Counted from the first letter of the stretch, positions 48,838 to 59,653 are shown. The stretch is DNA of 64,000 bases from Candidatus Latescibacterota bacterium (GCA_965261395.1 OZ253462.1:2144001-2208000); one strand, 5' to 3'. The notes: generated by a model from the letters alone, not told the origin. Program-made: numbers and translations.

Positions 48838-50538
48838 TCATTTTGCCTCGCCCCAGTTCCGACCGACCCCCGCTTCGACGCGGATCGGCACGCGAAACGG
48901 CCGGCCCTTTGCGTCCTCCACGGGCGACTCCATGATCGACGCGATGAGATCGACGTATTCGGCAGCCTTGTCCCGAGGCGCTTCGAAGATTAGTTCGTCG
49001 TGGATTTGAACGAGCATTCGCGTCTCTGACGGGAGCGCGTTGTCTAAGGCGATCATCTTGTTGCGGCAGATGTCCGCGGCAGTGCCCTGAATCATCGAGT
49101 TAAAAGCGGTGCGGACATTGCCCTCGGGGAATCGCCGCCGCCGGCCGAACATGTTGACGATATGTCCGTGCCGGCGCGTGTAAGCGAGCACATCCTTGCT
49201 GACCTGCCGCACGTTTTTATAGGTCGTAAAGTAGGCTTCGATGAACGCTTTTGCTTCTGCGAGCGAAAGCCCGGTCGCGGACGACAACGCCTTAGCGCCC
49301 ATTCCGTAGAGCAGCCCGAAGTTGAGCGCTTTCGCCATATCCCGTTCCCCAGCAGTCACCTCTTCAATCGGTTTGTCGAAGATGTCGGCGACCGTCTTTT
49401 TATGGAGATCGATGTCTTGTTGGAACGCCTCCATCATCTTCGGGTCCTGGGCGTAATGGGCGGCGCAGCGCAGTTCTACTTGCGAAAAATCCACGTCGAT
49501 GAGGACATGATCCTCCTCGGCGACGAAAGCCGAGCGGATGGTCGCGCCTCGGGGGATTGCCTGCAGGTTCGGGTCGTTCGAGGAAAGGCGTCCGGTGATC
49601 GTCCCCGTCTGATTGAAGTTGCAGTGGATGCGACCCGTTTCCGGCAAGACGAGCTGCGGAAGTTTATCGACGTAGTTCGCGATCAGGGTCATCAGTTCTC
49701 GGTATTCGAGAATGAGCGGGACGACGGGGTGGCGGTGGCGCAAGGCTTCGAGGGCCCATTGGTTGACGGACTGGCGGCCGCGGCGCGTTTGGCGGCCTGA
49801 GGGCAGGTCTAAATCGCCGAACAACACTTTGCCGAGTTCAACGGTCGAATTGACGTGAAACCTCCTTCCGGCATGTGCCCATATTTCCTCTTCCAGTTCG
49901 CGGATGCGCAGCCGGTATTCGTCCCCGATGCGCTTGAGATGGTCGATGTCGAGGCGGATGCCCGTCTGTTCCATCTTCCGCAGAATGCGCATCGTCGGCA
50001 GTTCGTATTCGTAGTATAGATGGGCGAGCGTCGGCAGCTTGTCGATTTCCGGCTTGAACAATTCGTACAGTCGGAACGTGTAATCCGCGTCGGCGCAGGC
50101 GTACTCGGCGAGGTCGGGATTTTTGCCGAACAGCGTCAGTTGATGGAGGTCAACAAAGTCAACGGCTTCCTCGTCGAGCAGGTCCCGCGCGAGCCGTTTG
50201 AGCGACTTCGGGCGGTTTTCGTCGAGCAGGTGAGCCGCGATGAGCGTGTCGAAAATCTCCGCGCCTTCGAGGTCGATGTCGTGCCGTTCGAGGATCGTCA
50301 AATCGAACTTCGCGTGGTGGAATGCGAGCCGCTTTTGCCGCAGCATTTGCTGCAACTTCGGCGCGTCAATCGCCTCTGCGGGCAACCAGAACGCGCGGCG
50401 TGGCTCGCCGCAGAACGAAATCCCGGAGAGCCGCGCGCGCATCTTGTTCAGCGAATCGCCCTCCGTATCGACGGCCAGCGCGGCGTACGGTGCGATTTGC
50501 GCTAGGTCGCTCAGAACGCGGTAGTCCTTCTCCGCCAT
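48838..50538 (-). CDS. Family A DNA polymerase, Klenow-like (3'-5' exonuclease plus polymerase, no 5' nuclease)
   Basis: DTE, HHAKFD, YACAD, TGRLSS.DPNLQ, DFSQVELR, AKALNFGLLYG, QIHDEL. Confidence 0.93.
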   Translation of the reverse strand: MAEKDYRVLSDLAQIAPYAALAVDTEGDSLNKMRARLSGISFCGEPRRAFWLPAEAIDAPKLQQMLRQKRLAFHHAKFDLTILERHDIDLEGAEIFDTLIAAHLLDENRPKSLKRLARDLLDEEAVDFVDLHQLTLFGKNPDLAEYACADADYTFRLYELFKPEIDKLPTLAHLYYEYELPTMRILRKMEQTGIRLDIDHLKRIGDEYRLRIRELEEEIWAHAGRRFHVNSTVELGKVLFGDLDLPSGRQTRRGRQSVNQWALEALRHRHPVVPLILEYRELMTLIANYVDKLPQLVLPETGRIHCNFNQTGTITGRLSSNDPNLQAIPRGATIRSAFVAEEDHVLIDVDFSQVELRCAAHYAQDPKMMEAFQQDIDLHKKTVADIFDKPIEEVTAGERDMAKALNFGLLYGMGAKALSSATGLSLAEAKAFIEAYFTTYKNVRQVSKDVLAYTRRHGHIVNMFGRRRRFPEGNVRTAFNSMIQGTAADICRNKMIALDNALPSETRMLVQIHDELIFEAPRDKAAEYVDLIASIMESPVEDAKGRPFRVPIRVEAGVGRNWGEAK

Positions 50539-50568
50539 GAATCGCCTCTATGAGAATCGCCTATCTGC

Positions 50569-52011
50569 TCAAGGCAAAAACTGCAATGCGTAGAGCCGCG
50601 CGTCCCGCATCTCAAAGCGCAATCGCACCGGTGCGCCCGCTAGCTTGCCGATGGGCTCCCGCCAACCCACCTCTTTATGCACTCCATTGCCCATCACCAC
50701 TTCAGACTCTTGCACCGCTTGCCCGTTTTCACCGAGCACTTCCACCCGCAGCCACCCTCCGGCCCCGCCGTCGAAGTTCAGCACCAACCGCTCGCCAGCA
50801 AATTGCAATAGTGGCGTCGTAAAAAACCCGCCGCCATAGCCAGCCTCTGCGGCCACAAACCCATCTAGCCGCAACGAGGCGCGAAAAATTCCGCTCGCTC
50901 GCGACTGCTGCTGGTCCTCTCTGCCGCCGTGCCGCCGCGCGGTGCCGTTATAATAGAGCCACAACTCGTCACCCACCGGAATAAACCACGGATTGGCAAA
51001 CAGCATCCCGCTCAGCAGTCCGCCGTCCCAGCCCTGGCGCAAAAAGGCCCGGCGTTCCCCCTGCCGCCGCCAGTCAATGCCGTCGCGGCTGCTGAGCAAC
51101 TGCACGTCCATAGTTGCCGGGAAGTCGTCTTCGCCCCAGTGATAGTACGCCGCCGGTAGCATGAAATAGGCGTCCTGCGCCGCGTCGTACTTGGTGGCGC
51201 AACTAGTATAGAAGTCGATATTGGGCCGGGGATCGTCGCGCTGGAACGGCACTGGGATCTGCAAATCCTCCTCATCCGCTTCAAAGACGATCTCCTGGGC
51301 GGACCAATGCCTAAAATCGGGCGAGGTCATCCGCCCAACGCAGCGGTACGAGCCCTTACCCTCGGCTGCTTCGGACAAGTGCTGGGTCTCCCTAACCCGC
51401 GTATAGCCCACGTATAGGCCAAGCCGGTCGTCCCAGAAAAACATATTCTGCGTGTCGCACATCGTCCGCGGCGGATTCGGCTGGTCTGGATAGTACTGCC
51501 AGTGCAGTCCATCGGCCGAGTGCATCGCCCACAGCCCCGGCTCGATGCCCTGTGCCCGCTCTTCATTGGTCGGCTGGAACTTGGTCCACAGCTTGTAGCG
51601 TTCCTCGGCTGCCGCCCGCTCATCGCGCAAGACAGTCGCCCCCTGCATGCTCTGCTGCTCGACCAACGGCGCGACGATATTATTGGCCCGGCTGCCGCGA
51701 AATTCCACCAAGCCCAACTCTGGCTTTTCCCAGTGCAATCCATCCGCGGATTCTGCGTAGCCCAGCCGCCGCGCCCCCTCCATCGGCAATCCCGTTTGCA
51801 TGGTCGCGTCGTACCACATCCGCCACCGGCCATCCGCTTCCCGCCACACCGTATTATACGCCCCAATCCCCCAATCCTCCCACGCCCGATCCGGCCGCAA
51901 CACCGGCTCTGGATGCTGCACTGGCATCCCCATTCGCAACGCGATCCCCTCGCACTCAGCAAAAAACCGCTCGTCGATAAAAAGCTGCTTCCTGTCGCCT
52001 ATCTCCAACAT
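50569..52011 (-). CDS. Beta-propeller glycoside-hydrolase-like hypothetical protein
   Basis: Repeated S.DG..W boxes, LRLDGF C-terminal motif; AAGGAG RBS. Confidence 0.65.
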   Translation of the reverse strand: MLEIGDRKQLFIDERFFAECEGIALRMGMPVQHPEPVLRPDRAWEDWGIGAYNTVWREADGRWRMWYDATMQTGLPMEGARRLGYAESADGLHWEKPELGLVEFRGSRANNIVAPLVEQQSMQGATVLRDERAAAEERYKLWTKFQPTNEERAQGIEPGLWAMHSADGLHWQYYPDQPNPPRTMCDTQNMFFWDDRLGLYVGYTRVRETQHLSEAAEGKGSYRCVGRMTSPDFRHWSAQEIVFEADEEDLQIPVPFQRDDPRPNIDFYTSCATKYDAAQDAYFMLPAAYYHWGEDDFPATMDVQLLSSRDGIDWRRQGERRAFLRQGWDGGLLSGMLFANPWFIPVGDELWLYYNGTARRHGGREDQQQSRASGIFRASLRLDGFVAAEAGYGGGFFTTPLLQFAGERLVLNFDGGAGGWLRVEVLGENGQAVQESEVVMGNGVHKEVGWREPIGKLAGAPVRLRFEMRDARLYALQFLP

Positions 52012-52070
52012 GGGGGCCACTCCTTGGGCGGGACGTGTTGTTTTGCTCTCTTGCAAGGCTAATACGACGC

Positions 52071-53516
52071 CTATTGTTGAGACGTCTTTGGGCGTCTTGC
52101 AAAGGCCCTGTCCAACAGCCGATCGGTCTCCTCGACCACCATCCCAAGAGCTTCCGGTACGAGCTTGGTCCAGTAGCGGGTCTCCACCTCGTGCCCCCCG
52201 CGCTGAAAGGCGTCCGGTATCGGCAAGTAACCACAGTACATGTTGCAGCAGTGGGCCACTATAGTCGTCGCGGCGGGAGATGCCATTTTAATCTGCAGTT
52301 GCCCCTCGACGAAGGGCTCCCCGGCGAGCCCCACCAGAGCGGTGCTGCCTAGGCGCATTACCTGAATCTCATAGCCCAGATCCCGCTCGCGGCGGCGCTG
52401 GAGATCAACGCTGACGATGGAGGCCGACTGAATCCACTCGCTGTCCACTACTTTCGTCCCCGGCGAGACGGGCGAGCCGCCCTCGTAGCCCCGATAGGCC
52501 CTGCTTTCGTTCCATACCGGTTGCGGGTTCTCCGCCAGCACCTGCTGCGCTTTTCGCAGGGCTTCGGATTCGACCGCACGAATGGGTATGGGCAGCCGCG
52601 TCTCCACCACATCGAGTTCATTTGACTCGTCTAGGTCGCTGTACTCCAGCACGCGCCGAGTAACCTCGGCCAGCATGTGGCCCATGCGGCGATGATCGGG
52701 CTGGTAATCGGGGTCGAAGGGATTCCAGGGATTGATGTTGCCACAGCATCCGTTTGCCACCAGTGCCACGCAGCACGGGAACAGCCGCTCCACTTCCTCC
52801 GCCCAAGCGCCGGGCCAGTCCGCTGAGATGACGGCCTGTGGAAACACGTTTACCGGGTGCCCCGTGTGGTGCAGAATCAACGCGATCGGTCGCGCGGAGA
52901 GACTCTGCACGCAGAGAACACCCACTTCGGGGTCGGTCGGACCTTCGAGATAGCGGATATAGGTAGGCCCTAGAGGCTGTGGCCAAGAAGGGCCGGGCAT
53001 ACGCGCCGTGCCATCGTCCGTAATAGCCCTGCGGTTGAATTGAATGCGCCCCTCAATCCCACTGCCGGCTCGCAGCCGCGCAGGCTGAAGATCAGCGGCA
53101 GCCTCCCGCACGGCGGCGAGAATCCTGTCGACGGCATAATCCTCATAGGCACGCACACCCCCCGCCAGCCACTCGAGTTCGTCCGGCACCGGCGGGAAGT
53201 CGCGGTCGAACATGAAGATGCCAAGCGCAGGAGCCGCGTGTACCTGCGTAGCATGTATCATCACCGCCTCGGGTGGAATGCCCTGATCGCGCGCTATCGC
53301 CTCCCGAATACGCGCCGACACCGCTTCAGTAATGATAGTAACATCCAAGCTGATGAAGCAGAGCTTGGTGTCGCCGCTGGCTAGCACCAACGCGCGCGCA
53401 TACAACGGGGAATCCACGTATTTGCCGGGCCGAAACCAACCTACTTCGCCCGCTAGGGAGATATCCCGATCGGGAGTGATCTCGACTCGCGCCGCATTAG
53501 CCATTAGTGTGCCCAT
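52071..53516 (-). CDS. Neutral ceramidase-like hydrolase
   Basis: RVEITP, LYARAL, HATQVHAAP, NRR, DPEV, NGCCGNINP, GEPF. Confidence 0.7.
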   Translation of the reverse strand: MGTLMANAARVEITPDRDISLAGEVGWFRPGKYVDSPLYARALVLASGDTKLCFISLDVTIITEAVSARIREAIARDQGIPPEAVMIHATQVHAAPALGIFMFDRDFPPVPDELEWLAGGVRAYEDYAVDRILAAVREAAADLQPARLRAGSGIEGRIQFNRRAITDDGTARMPGPSWPQPLGPTYIRYLEGPTDPEVGVLCVQSLSARPIALILHHTGHPVNVFPQAVISADWPGAWAEEVERLFPCCVALVANGCCGNINPWNPFDPDYQPDHRRMGHMLAEVTRRVLEYSDLDESNELDVVETRLPIPIRAVESEALRKAQQVLAENPQPVWNESRAYRGYEGGSPVSPGTKVVDSEWIQSASIVSVDLQRRRERDLGYEIQVMRLGSTALVGLAGEPFVEGQLQIKMASPAATTIVAHCCNMYCGYLPIPDAFQRGGHEVETRYWTKLVPEALGMVVEETDRLLDRAFARRPKTSQQ

Positions 53517-53781
53517 GAATACCTCGCTCGGCTTTTCTTTATTGCAGGAAAAGCATCCCAATGGCCGCCCTAAAAGCCGGTTCGCTCAAAGCGGAATTTC
53601 TCTTCGGCGATCATGGGACGCCTCGTGGTGAAGTTTGCGCCCCATACTGTATCTCGCCAATGAAGTTAGGGCAAGGAGCATCTAACACCGTATTGACACC
53701 GCGCGTCAGGCCCCATAAATAATAAGGCCGCGAAGACCCCAATTGTTTTGGATTACACTGGTGATAAACAAAGGAGTGGAC

Positions 53782-54345
53782 ATGACTTGTGCCCGCGAAG
53801 AACTCGTCTTTTCCGATGCATTCGACGGCACTCTCGATCCCGAGTGGACCTGGCTGCGCGAACATCCCGGCTTTTGGCGCTTGCAGGACGGCCTGGAGAT
53901 TCGCGTCGAACCGGGCGTGGCCCCTACCGTGCAAAACGCGCTTTTGCGCCCGGCTCCGGATCGCAGCGAAGGAACCTGGGCCATAGAAGTGACAGTGTAC
54001 AACCACACCCATCCCATCCAGCAGTACGAGCAGGCCGGCATCACTTGGTACCAAAACGGCAAGCCTGTCTTCAAGCAAGTCAAGGAATTAATCGACGGCG
54101 ATCTCTACATTATTCCCGGCCGCAAACCCATGCCCACCCAGAGCGTGCGCCTACGCCTCCTTGTCTCCGCCGACTCTTGGGAGGCCCAGTACCGGCCCGA
54201 GGGCGAGGACCAATTCCACACCGCAGATCAAGGCGAATTGCCCCCGCCCGGCGACGATCAAGTCAGCATCCAGTGCTACAACGGCCCCGAAAACGCCGAG
54301 CACTGGATCCGCTTTCGGGACTTTCAGATCAAACGCCTAGGCTGA
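53782..54345 (+). CDS. Hypothetical beta-sandwich (ConA-like) protein
   Basis: AAGGAG RBS; LDPEWTWLRE, YEQAGI. Confidence 0.65.
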   Translation: MTCAREELVFSDAFDGTLDPEWTWLREHPGFWRLQDGLEIRVEPGVAPTVQNALLRPAPDRSEGTWAIEVTVYNHTHPIQQYEQAGITWYQNGKPVFKQVKELIDGDLYIIPGRKPMPTQSVRLRLLVSADSWEAQYRPEGEDQFHTADQGELPPPGDDQVSIQCYNGPENAEHWIRFRDFQIKRLG

Positions 54346-54355
54346 TCCGCACCTG

Positions 54356-55447
54356 CTAGCGAAACCAGTCGTAATTCAAGCCCAACGACCGATCCTGCAA
54401 CGGCAACTCCACCCGCTCTCCACCCTTCGCCGCAGAAACCTTCAACGCCACCTCCACCTCCAACGCCACGCCCACTCGCCGCCCCGAATTCTTCGGCTCC
54501 TCCATCTCCCCGGCCAAACACCGCATTACATCATCCACGCAATACACCGCCCCATACGGCACATTGAACTGCGGCTGCGGCCAATCCAGTTCCGCCACTA
54601 CCGGCCCCGCCGCCCCTTCCACCTGCTGCCACAACCGCCATCCCTTGCCGTAATCGAAAACCATTTCCCCGCGCTCGCCGCACAACCGCACCCCCGGTGC
54701 TCCCTTGCGGAAATGCACCACCGTCCCATCCGCAGCCACCAACATCCCCTGACCGGCGAACTCGTCGCTGCCCGACTCCCGCCGCGGCTGATCCCCCGTG
54801 CCGACCACCCAAGCCGGAGGCGCGTCGAGGAAATAAGACCAGTTCTGATGCTGCGCCCCAGCACCCGGGGCCTCGATCGACACCAACTCTCCGATCACTC
54901 CTTCGGCAAGTAGCGCCTTGGCCCGCGCAAACGAAGGATGGGTCGTGGTAATCGCCCCACAACATAAGGGCACCCCCGCCGCGGCGCAGGCACCCACCAT
55001 TCGATCCACTTCCTCTAGCGTATGCACCATCGGCTTTTCGGTGACGATGCCCTTGGCCCCGCACTCAACGGCCAGACAGGTGAAATGCGCGCGGTATTTG
55101 GTATTGGTGCACACCGCGACGATATCTGGCCGCTCCTTTCGCAGCATGGCCTCAGCGTCCTCGTAGAGTGCCTCAATCCCATAGCGCTCGCCATAGGCCT
55201 TGAGCCGCTTGGGGTCGCGGTCGGCGGCAATGACCGTCTCTACCTCGGGCCGATCCCACAGCGCCTCGGCATACGAGGTGGGATTGCCCTCGTCACCGGG
55301 ATGGTCGTAGTGGTGAAATTTGCGGTGGATGTCCAACGGCGGCGTGGGCCGGTCGATATCGTCGATTGCAAAGCGATCCCCGACCCGACTGGCCAAGTCG
55401 TAAAGCAGGCCCATCCAGCCTAGGCCGATAACTGCGGCGCGATACAT
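54356..55447 (-). CDS. Gfo/Idh/MocA oxidoreductase
   Basis: IGLGWMG, PDIVAVCT, TEKPM. Confidence 0.85.
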   Translation of the reverse strand: MYRAAVIGLGWMGLLYDLASRVGDRFAIDDIDRPTPPLDIHRKFHHYDHPGDEGNPTSYAEALWDRPEVETVIAADRDPKRLKAYGERYGIEALYEDAEAMLRKERPDIVAVCTNTKYRAHFTCLAVECGAKGIVTEKPMVHTLEEVDRMVGACAAAGVPLCCGAITTTHPSFARAKALLAEGVIGELVSIEAPGAGAQHQNWSYFLDAPPAWVVGTGDQPRRESGSDEFAGQGMLVAADGTVVHFRKGAPGVRLCGERGEMVFDYGKGWRLWQQVEGAAGPVVAELDWPQPQFNVPYGAVYCVDDVMRCLAGEMEEPKNSGRRVGVALEVEVALKVSAAKGGERVELPLQDRSLGLNYDWFR

Positions 55448-55478
55448 GAGCAATCTCCTTTAGATAGTTGTCTAGAAA

Positions 55479-56327
55479 TCAATCGGCTCGCAACACCGCG
55501 TTGTGTGCGGCCAGATCCCAAGTCTCGTTGTACACCAGCGGCTGGGCCCGTGCGGGCGGATAGCCGGGGGGCGGATTATTGGGATCGAGCAACGCCAGCC
55601 GATCGCGGCCCCGGGGCGCATCGAGCCACGCCCGCTCCTCCGGCGCGGCTTGCACCGGACGCCGCAAAATAAACTCCACCCGGTCGCGGCGCGAGAAGGC
55701 CGCATGGGCGACAAAGACCCGATGCACGTCGCGTCCATCCCAGGTCGCTAGATCCGGCAGCAGCACCGGGCCGGTACATATCTGGTATTGGCCATCGGCA
55801 GCATTGAGGTTCATGACGTTGATCGGATATTCAAGGGAAACCTCAATGCCACTGGCCGCGTCCTGATATACCGAACGAGCGTTTTGCGCGTCGCCGGCAA
55901 AGGTCGAGGCCACAATGGCGTCGGCTTCCTCCAGCGCCTCGGATGCGGGATAGGAGCGGATGTCGATGGTATAATTCTGGTACGCATCCGCCAGTGAGCG
56001 CGCGCTGACCGCTTCGGGCTCCGTGCTCGGCCGCTGGGCAATCGCCGGAATCGAGGAGCGACTAAAAGCCATTCGCCACTCGCCGCTGGGGACCTGGAAC
56101 AGGTTTTCGCTGGCAATGGTGTATTCGCTGCGGCAGGGCGCGCCCAGAAAAAGTTCGGCCAGCTCAGTCCCGTCACTGTCGCGCAAAACGCAACGGGCCT
56201 CTAAGGTGAAGCGCACGTGATAGACCTGACCGTGCTCGCCGACAAAGCCGCCGGGCCACTTGTAATAAGGGTCCGGCTTCCAGGGATGGGCCTCCCAAGT
56301 AAAGGATGAACGGGGGAAATTGATCAT
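55479..56327 (-). CDS. Hypothetical protein
   Basis: 282-aa ORF with AGGAG RBS, co-oriented with its neighbour. Confidence 0.65.
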   Translation of the reverse strand: MINFPRSSFTWEAHPWKPDPYYKWPGGFVGEHGQVYHVRFTLEARCVLRDSDGTELAELFLGAPCRSEYTIASENLFQVPSGEWRMAFSRSSIPAIAQRPSTEPEAVSARSLADAYQNYTIDIRSYPASEALEEADAIVASTFAGDAQNARSVYQDAASGIEVSLEYPINVMNLNAADGQYQICTGPVLLPDLATWDGRDVHRVFVAHAAFSRRDRVEFILRRPVQAAPEERAWLDAPRGRDRLALLDPNNPPPGYPPARAQPLVYNETWDLAAHNAVLRAD

Positions 56328-56466
56328 CGCCGTCTCCTGCCGGGCGACTTGCCCCGGCCGCTATGGGTTCACATCTTACTGCGCCAGATTTTGTAGTATA
56401 GCAAAAGGCATCCTTAAGTACAAAATGCCTGATTCACTCTCACACTAATAGCCCAAGGAGAATTCC

Positions 56467-57057
56467 ATGACTCGCCCCAATGCACTCCATTTCGCATGGG
56501 TTGCCGCCCTGACGTTCGCTCTTACCGCCGAGGCCACATTGGCGGAAACCTACGCGATCGATGCTGCGCACTCTTCAATCGATTTCAGCATTCGCCACCT
56601 CGTCGGCCGCACCAAGGGCCGTTTCGGTGACTTTAGCGGCACCGTCGGCTACGACGCCGCCAAGCCCGACTCCTCCAGCTTCTCCGGCACTATTCAGGTC
56701 ATGAGCATCGACACGGGCAACGAACGCCGCGATGGCCACCTGCAAAGTGACGACTTTTTCGGGGCCGAGACCTATCCCACGATCACCTTCGAATCTACCG
56801 AGGTGACCAGCGCGGGCGAAAACACCCTCAGCGCGAAGGGCAAGCTGACCATGCACGGCACCACCAAAGAGGTCACCCTGCCCATCGAGATCCTCGGCAC
56901 CGGCACCAATCCGCGGAGTGGCAAGGCGCAGATCGGCCTAGAAACGAATTTTTCCCTACTCTGCTCCGATTACGGAGTCAATAGCTGGGAACGCTTCAGC
57001 GCCGTGCTCGGAGACGAAGTAAAAATTCAGGTATTGATCGAGGCCAACGCAGAGTAA
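56467..57057 (+). CDS. yceI: YceI-family secreted lipid/polyisoprenoid-binding protein
   Basis: Signal peptide, ID.AHS, G.F, RDGHL..DFF, G.LT.HG.TK. Confidence 0.92.
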   Translation: MTRPNALHFAWVAALTFALTAEATLAETYAIDAAHSSIDFSIRHLVGRTKGRFGDFSGTVGYDAAKPDSSSFSGTIQVMSIDTGNERRDGHLQSDDFFGAETYPTITFESTEVTSAGENTLSAKGKLTMHGTTKEVTLPIEILGTGTNPRSGKAQIGLETNFSLLCSDYGVNSWERFSAVLGDEVKIQVLIEANAE

Positions 57058-57068
57058 GTCAGGATCGG

Positions 57069-58037
57069 CTAGCCACGGCGGAACCAGTCGGCCATCCATT
57101 CAAAGTACTCGACGAGGAAGGCGTGGTTCCCCTCTGGCTGGCGGACCTCGAAGCGCTCTGGACAGCCCGCCTCTGCGTACGCCTGAGAGACGACCGGGAT
57201 CAGTTCGTCAACGCCCTCGCGGGGCATGTCTTCGTCCTCGGTCGGAGCGATCATCATAAAGGGGCGCGGCGGCATACAGGCCGCGACGATGGCGGCGTGG
57301 TCGAAATGGCGCAGGAGATGGGGGATAAAATAATAGGCGCTGTGGCGGTCGGCGGCAGTGTGGTGGATTGCCCGCGCCATGCTGCCCACCCCGCCACAGA
57401 CGGGCACCCCCGCCCAGATCCACGGAGCGCACGCCATCGCGTACCAGGTCGCATTGCCACCCAGCGACATCCCGGTCAGCCCGATTCTGTTCGGATCCAC
57501 TCCTGGGGTGGCTGCCAAAAGCCGCGCCCCTTTGAGAGTTTCCTCGACCAATACGCCCATTTGCGTGCGACCGTACGGTGCCAGCAGCTTGTTTTCGGTC
57601 GCCCACTCTTCGAGGCTGTTGCGCCGCACCTCGCACCCTTTGGGGGAAATGGCCAGCGTCGCAAAGCCCCGGCGCGCCAATTCACGAGCCCAGCCCATCA
57701 GCCTCTGCTCCATATAAAAGCGCGGGTGGGCGATTTCTTTAGCCGCTCCCCCAGTGCCGGGTACGCAGACAATGCCGGGTTGGCTGTGCGCCGATTCTTC
57801 CCTCGGCACAGTGAGGATTCCCGGCACTGTCTCACCTAGCGAATTTTCGTAGCTCACCCGCCTAGTGCAAAGGCCGTCCTCTTCTTGCCAGCTCTCTGTG
57901 ATATAGTCAATCGCGGCGGGAATCTCTTCTAGGCCGAGTAATTCCACCAGCTTCGAGCGCACAGCCGCGACGGGGATCGCATCGGGGTAGGCCGGACGGA
58001 TGCCCTTGGGAATAATGGATTGCGTAAGAGGACTCAA
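57069..58037 (-). CDS. Alpha/beta hydrolase (dienelactone hydrolase/esterase-like)
   Basis: RIGLTGMSLGG nucleophile elbow, C-terminal GNHAF. Confidence 0.85.
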   Translation of the reverse strand: MSPLTQSIIPKGIRPAYPDAIPVAAVRSKLVELLGLEEIPAAIDYITESWQEEDGLCTRRVSYENSLGETVPGILTVPREESAHSQPGIVCVPGTGGAAKEIAHPRFYMEQRLMGWARELARRGFATLAISPKGCEVRRNSLEEWATENKLLAPYGRTQMGVLVEETLKGARLLAATPGVDPNRIGLTGMSLGGNATWYAMACAPWIWAGVPVCGGVGSMARAIHHTAADRHSAYYFIPHLLRHFDHAAIVAACMPPRPFMMIAPTEDEDMPREGVDELIPVVSQAYAEAGCPERFEVRQPEGNHAFLVEYFEWMADWFRRG

Positions 58038-58144
58038 AGTCTTCTTTTTTATTAGGAGGAATTATTTTGTTTCAAGGGCTTGGATTTGAGTGTATGAAAG
58101 GCCCGAATGCTCGTCAAACTAGTACAACAACAGAAGGGGAAGCC

Positions 58145-58831
58145 ATGAAAATACTCATTACCGGTGCCGCCGGACAGGTCGGCTCCACTCTGGTCAAGGG
58201 GATGGGACAGCGCCACCAATTGCGCGGTTTTGACCGCGTGGAAATGCCCGACCTAGCAGACAGCCGGGTGGGCGATGTGGCCGATTGCGAGGCTTTGTTG
58301 GCAGCCGCCGAGGGCATGGAGGCCATCATCCATTTGACGGGCGTCGATGGCGAGTGGGAAAAGGCCCTGTCCAACAATTTTATCGGCACGTACAATATGT
58401 TGGAGGCAGCCCGCATCCAAGGAGTGCGCCGGGTGGCGTACGCCAGTCGCGCCGGGGTACACGGCCCCCTGCCCGAGCACGTTATGCGCCACATTGATAT
58501 GCGCCCCCAGCCAGTGGGCCACTATACGGTCAGCAAGCTATTCGGCGAGCACATGGGCTATTCCTACTCCCAGAAGCACGGCTTGGAATTCGTCGCAGTG
58601 CGCATAGGCAATTTCAGCCTCAAGCGCGATCAGCCCGAGCACCCGCACCATCTCAGCCACGGCGATGCCGTGCGGGTCTTTGAGCAGGCCGTGGTACACC
58701 CCGGGGTGCGCTACGAGATCGTGTACGGAGTGTCGGACAGCACTTGGCCGCGCTACGACCTCGACCACGGACGGCACGCCATTGGCTACTATCCGCAGGA
58801 TAAATCGGATTGGCAGCCCGAGGAGGAATAA
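58145..58831 (+). CDS. NAD-dependent epimerase/dehydrogenase (uronate dehydrogenase-like)
   Basis: ITGAAGQVG, YTVSKLFGE, RIG, YGVSD. Confidence 0.85.
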   Translation: MKILITGAAGQVGSTLVKGMGQRHQLRGFDRVEMPDLADSRVGDVADCEALLAAAEGMEAIIHLTGVDGEWEKALSNNFIGTYNMLEAARIQGVRRVAYASRAGVHGPLPEHVMRHIDMRPQPVGHYTVSKLFGEHMGYSYSQKHGLEFVAVRIGNFSLKRDQPEHPHHLSHGDAVRVFEQAVVHPGVRYEIVYGVSDSTWPRYDLDHGRHAIGYYPQDKSDWQPEEE

Positions 58832-58834
58832 GCT

Positions 58835-59653
58835 GTGATCAAATTGAGCACAATGGCCCGCCAGACGCCCACTACCACCCTTGAGCAGGTCGTCGAACAG
58901 GCCCGCCAGTTGCAGTTGGACGGCGTCGATTTCCATTTGTCGGGCATGGACCGCAGCGTCAAGTATATCAACCACGTCAAAAGCCTCTGCCTCAAACGCG
59001 GCCTGAACATCGGCTATGCCGGGGCCGGCAGCTTTGTAGGGCTGCCCGAGGAACGGGCCAAGCGGATGGAGCAGGGCCGCGCCGATGTCGATGCCGCAGC
59101 TTTGTTAGGAGCGCAGGTGCTGCGCGTTTTCGCGCGCCACAAGTGGCCGAGCACCGTCGAGGAACAAGAGGCCCTGTGGCGTCCGATGATCGAGGATTTC
59201 CAAGCGATTGCCGACTACGCGGCCCAACGCGGGGTCATGGTCGCCTTGCAAAACCACGACAACGGCAGTTTCGCCATGACCGCGGACCAAGTGTTGCGCA
59301 TCCTGCGCGAGACCGAGCGCGACAATTTCAGCTTTCTGTTGGATACCGGGCAGTGGCTGGGGGCTATTGGCTCACATCCGCGCGGCGAGTTCGATCCGAA
59401 TGTCGATTTGTACAAAGACTATCTGGAACCGACTGCGCCTTTTGCCACGTACGTGCGGGCCAAGATCTATAAGATCGACAGCGGCGTTGAGGAGTTTATC
59501 GACTACCGGCGCGTGTTAGAGATTCTGCGCGGAGTGGATTTCAACGGCACGATCGGCTTGGTTTTTGAACTAGGTGAGTTCAACCGTTGCAGCCACGAGG
59601 AATGCATGCGCTTGGCCGTGGCCCATTTGCGCCAAGTGATCGCCGCTAGCTGA
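58835..59653 (+). CDS. Sugar phosphate isomerase/epimerase
   Basis: LQNH, LDTG, DY..V..IL...F.G TIM-barrel pattern. Confidence 0.8.
   Translation: MIKLSTMARQTPTTTLEQVVEQARQLQLDGVDFHLSGMDRSVKYINHVKSLCLKRGLNIGYAGAGSFVGLPEERAKRMEQGRADVDAAALLGAQVLRVFARHKWPSTVEEQEALWRPMIEDFQAIADYAAQRGVMVALQNHDNGSFAMTADQVLRILRETERDNFSFLLDTGQWLGAIGSHPRGEFDPNVDLYKDYLEPTAPFATYVRAKIYKIDSGVEEFIDYRRVLEILRGVDFNGTIGLVFELGEFNRCSHEECMRLAVAHLRQVIAAS

Noticed and set aside
53693-53721. TTGACA-N17-TAAATA sigma-70-like promoter
   Set aside because: Plausible, but the -10 box is weak and there is no independent support.
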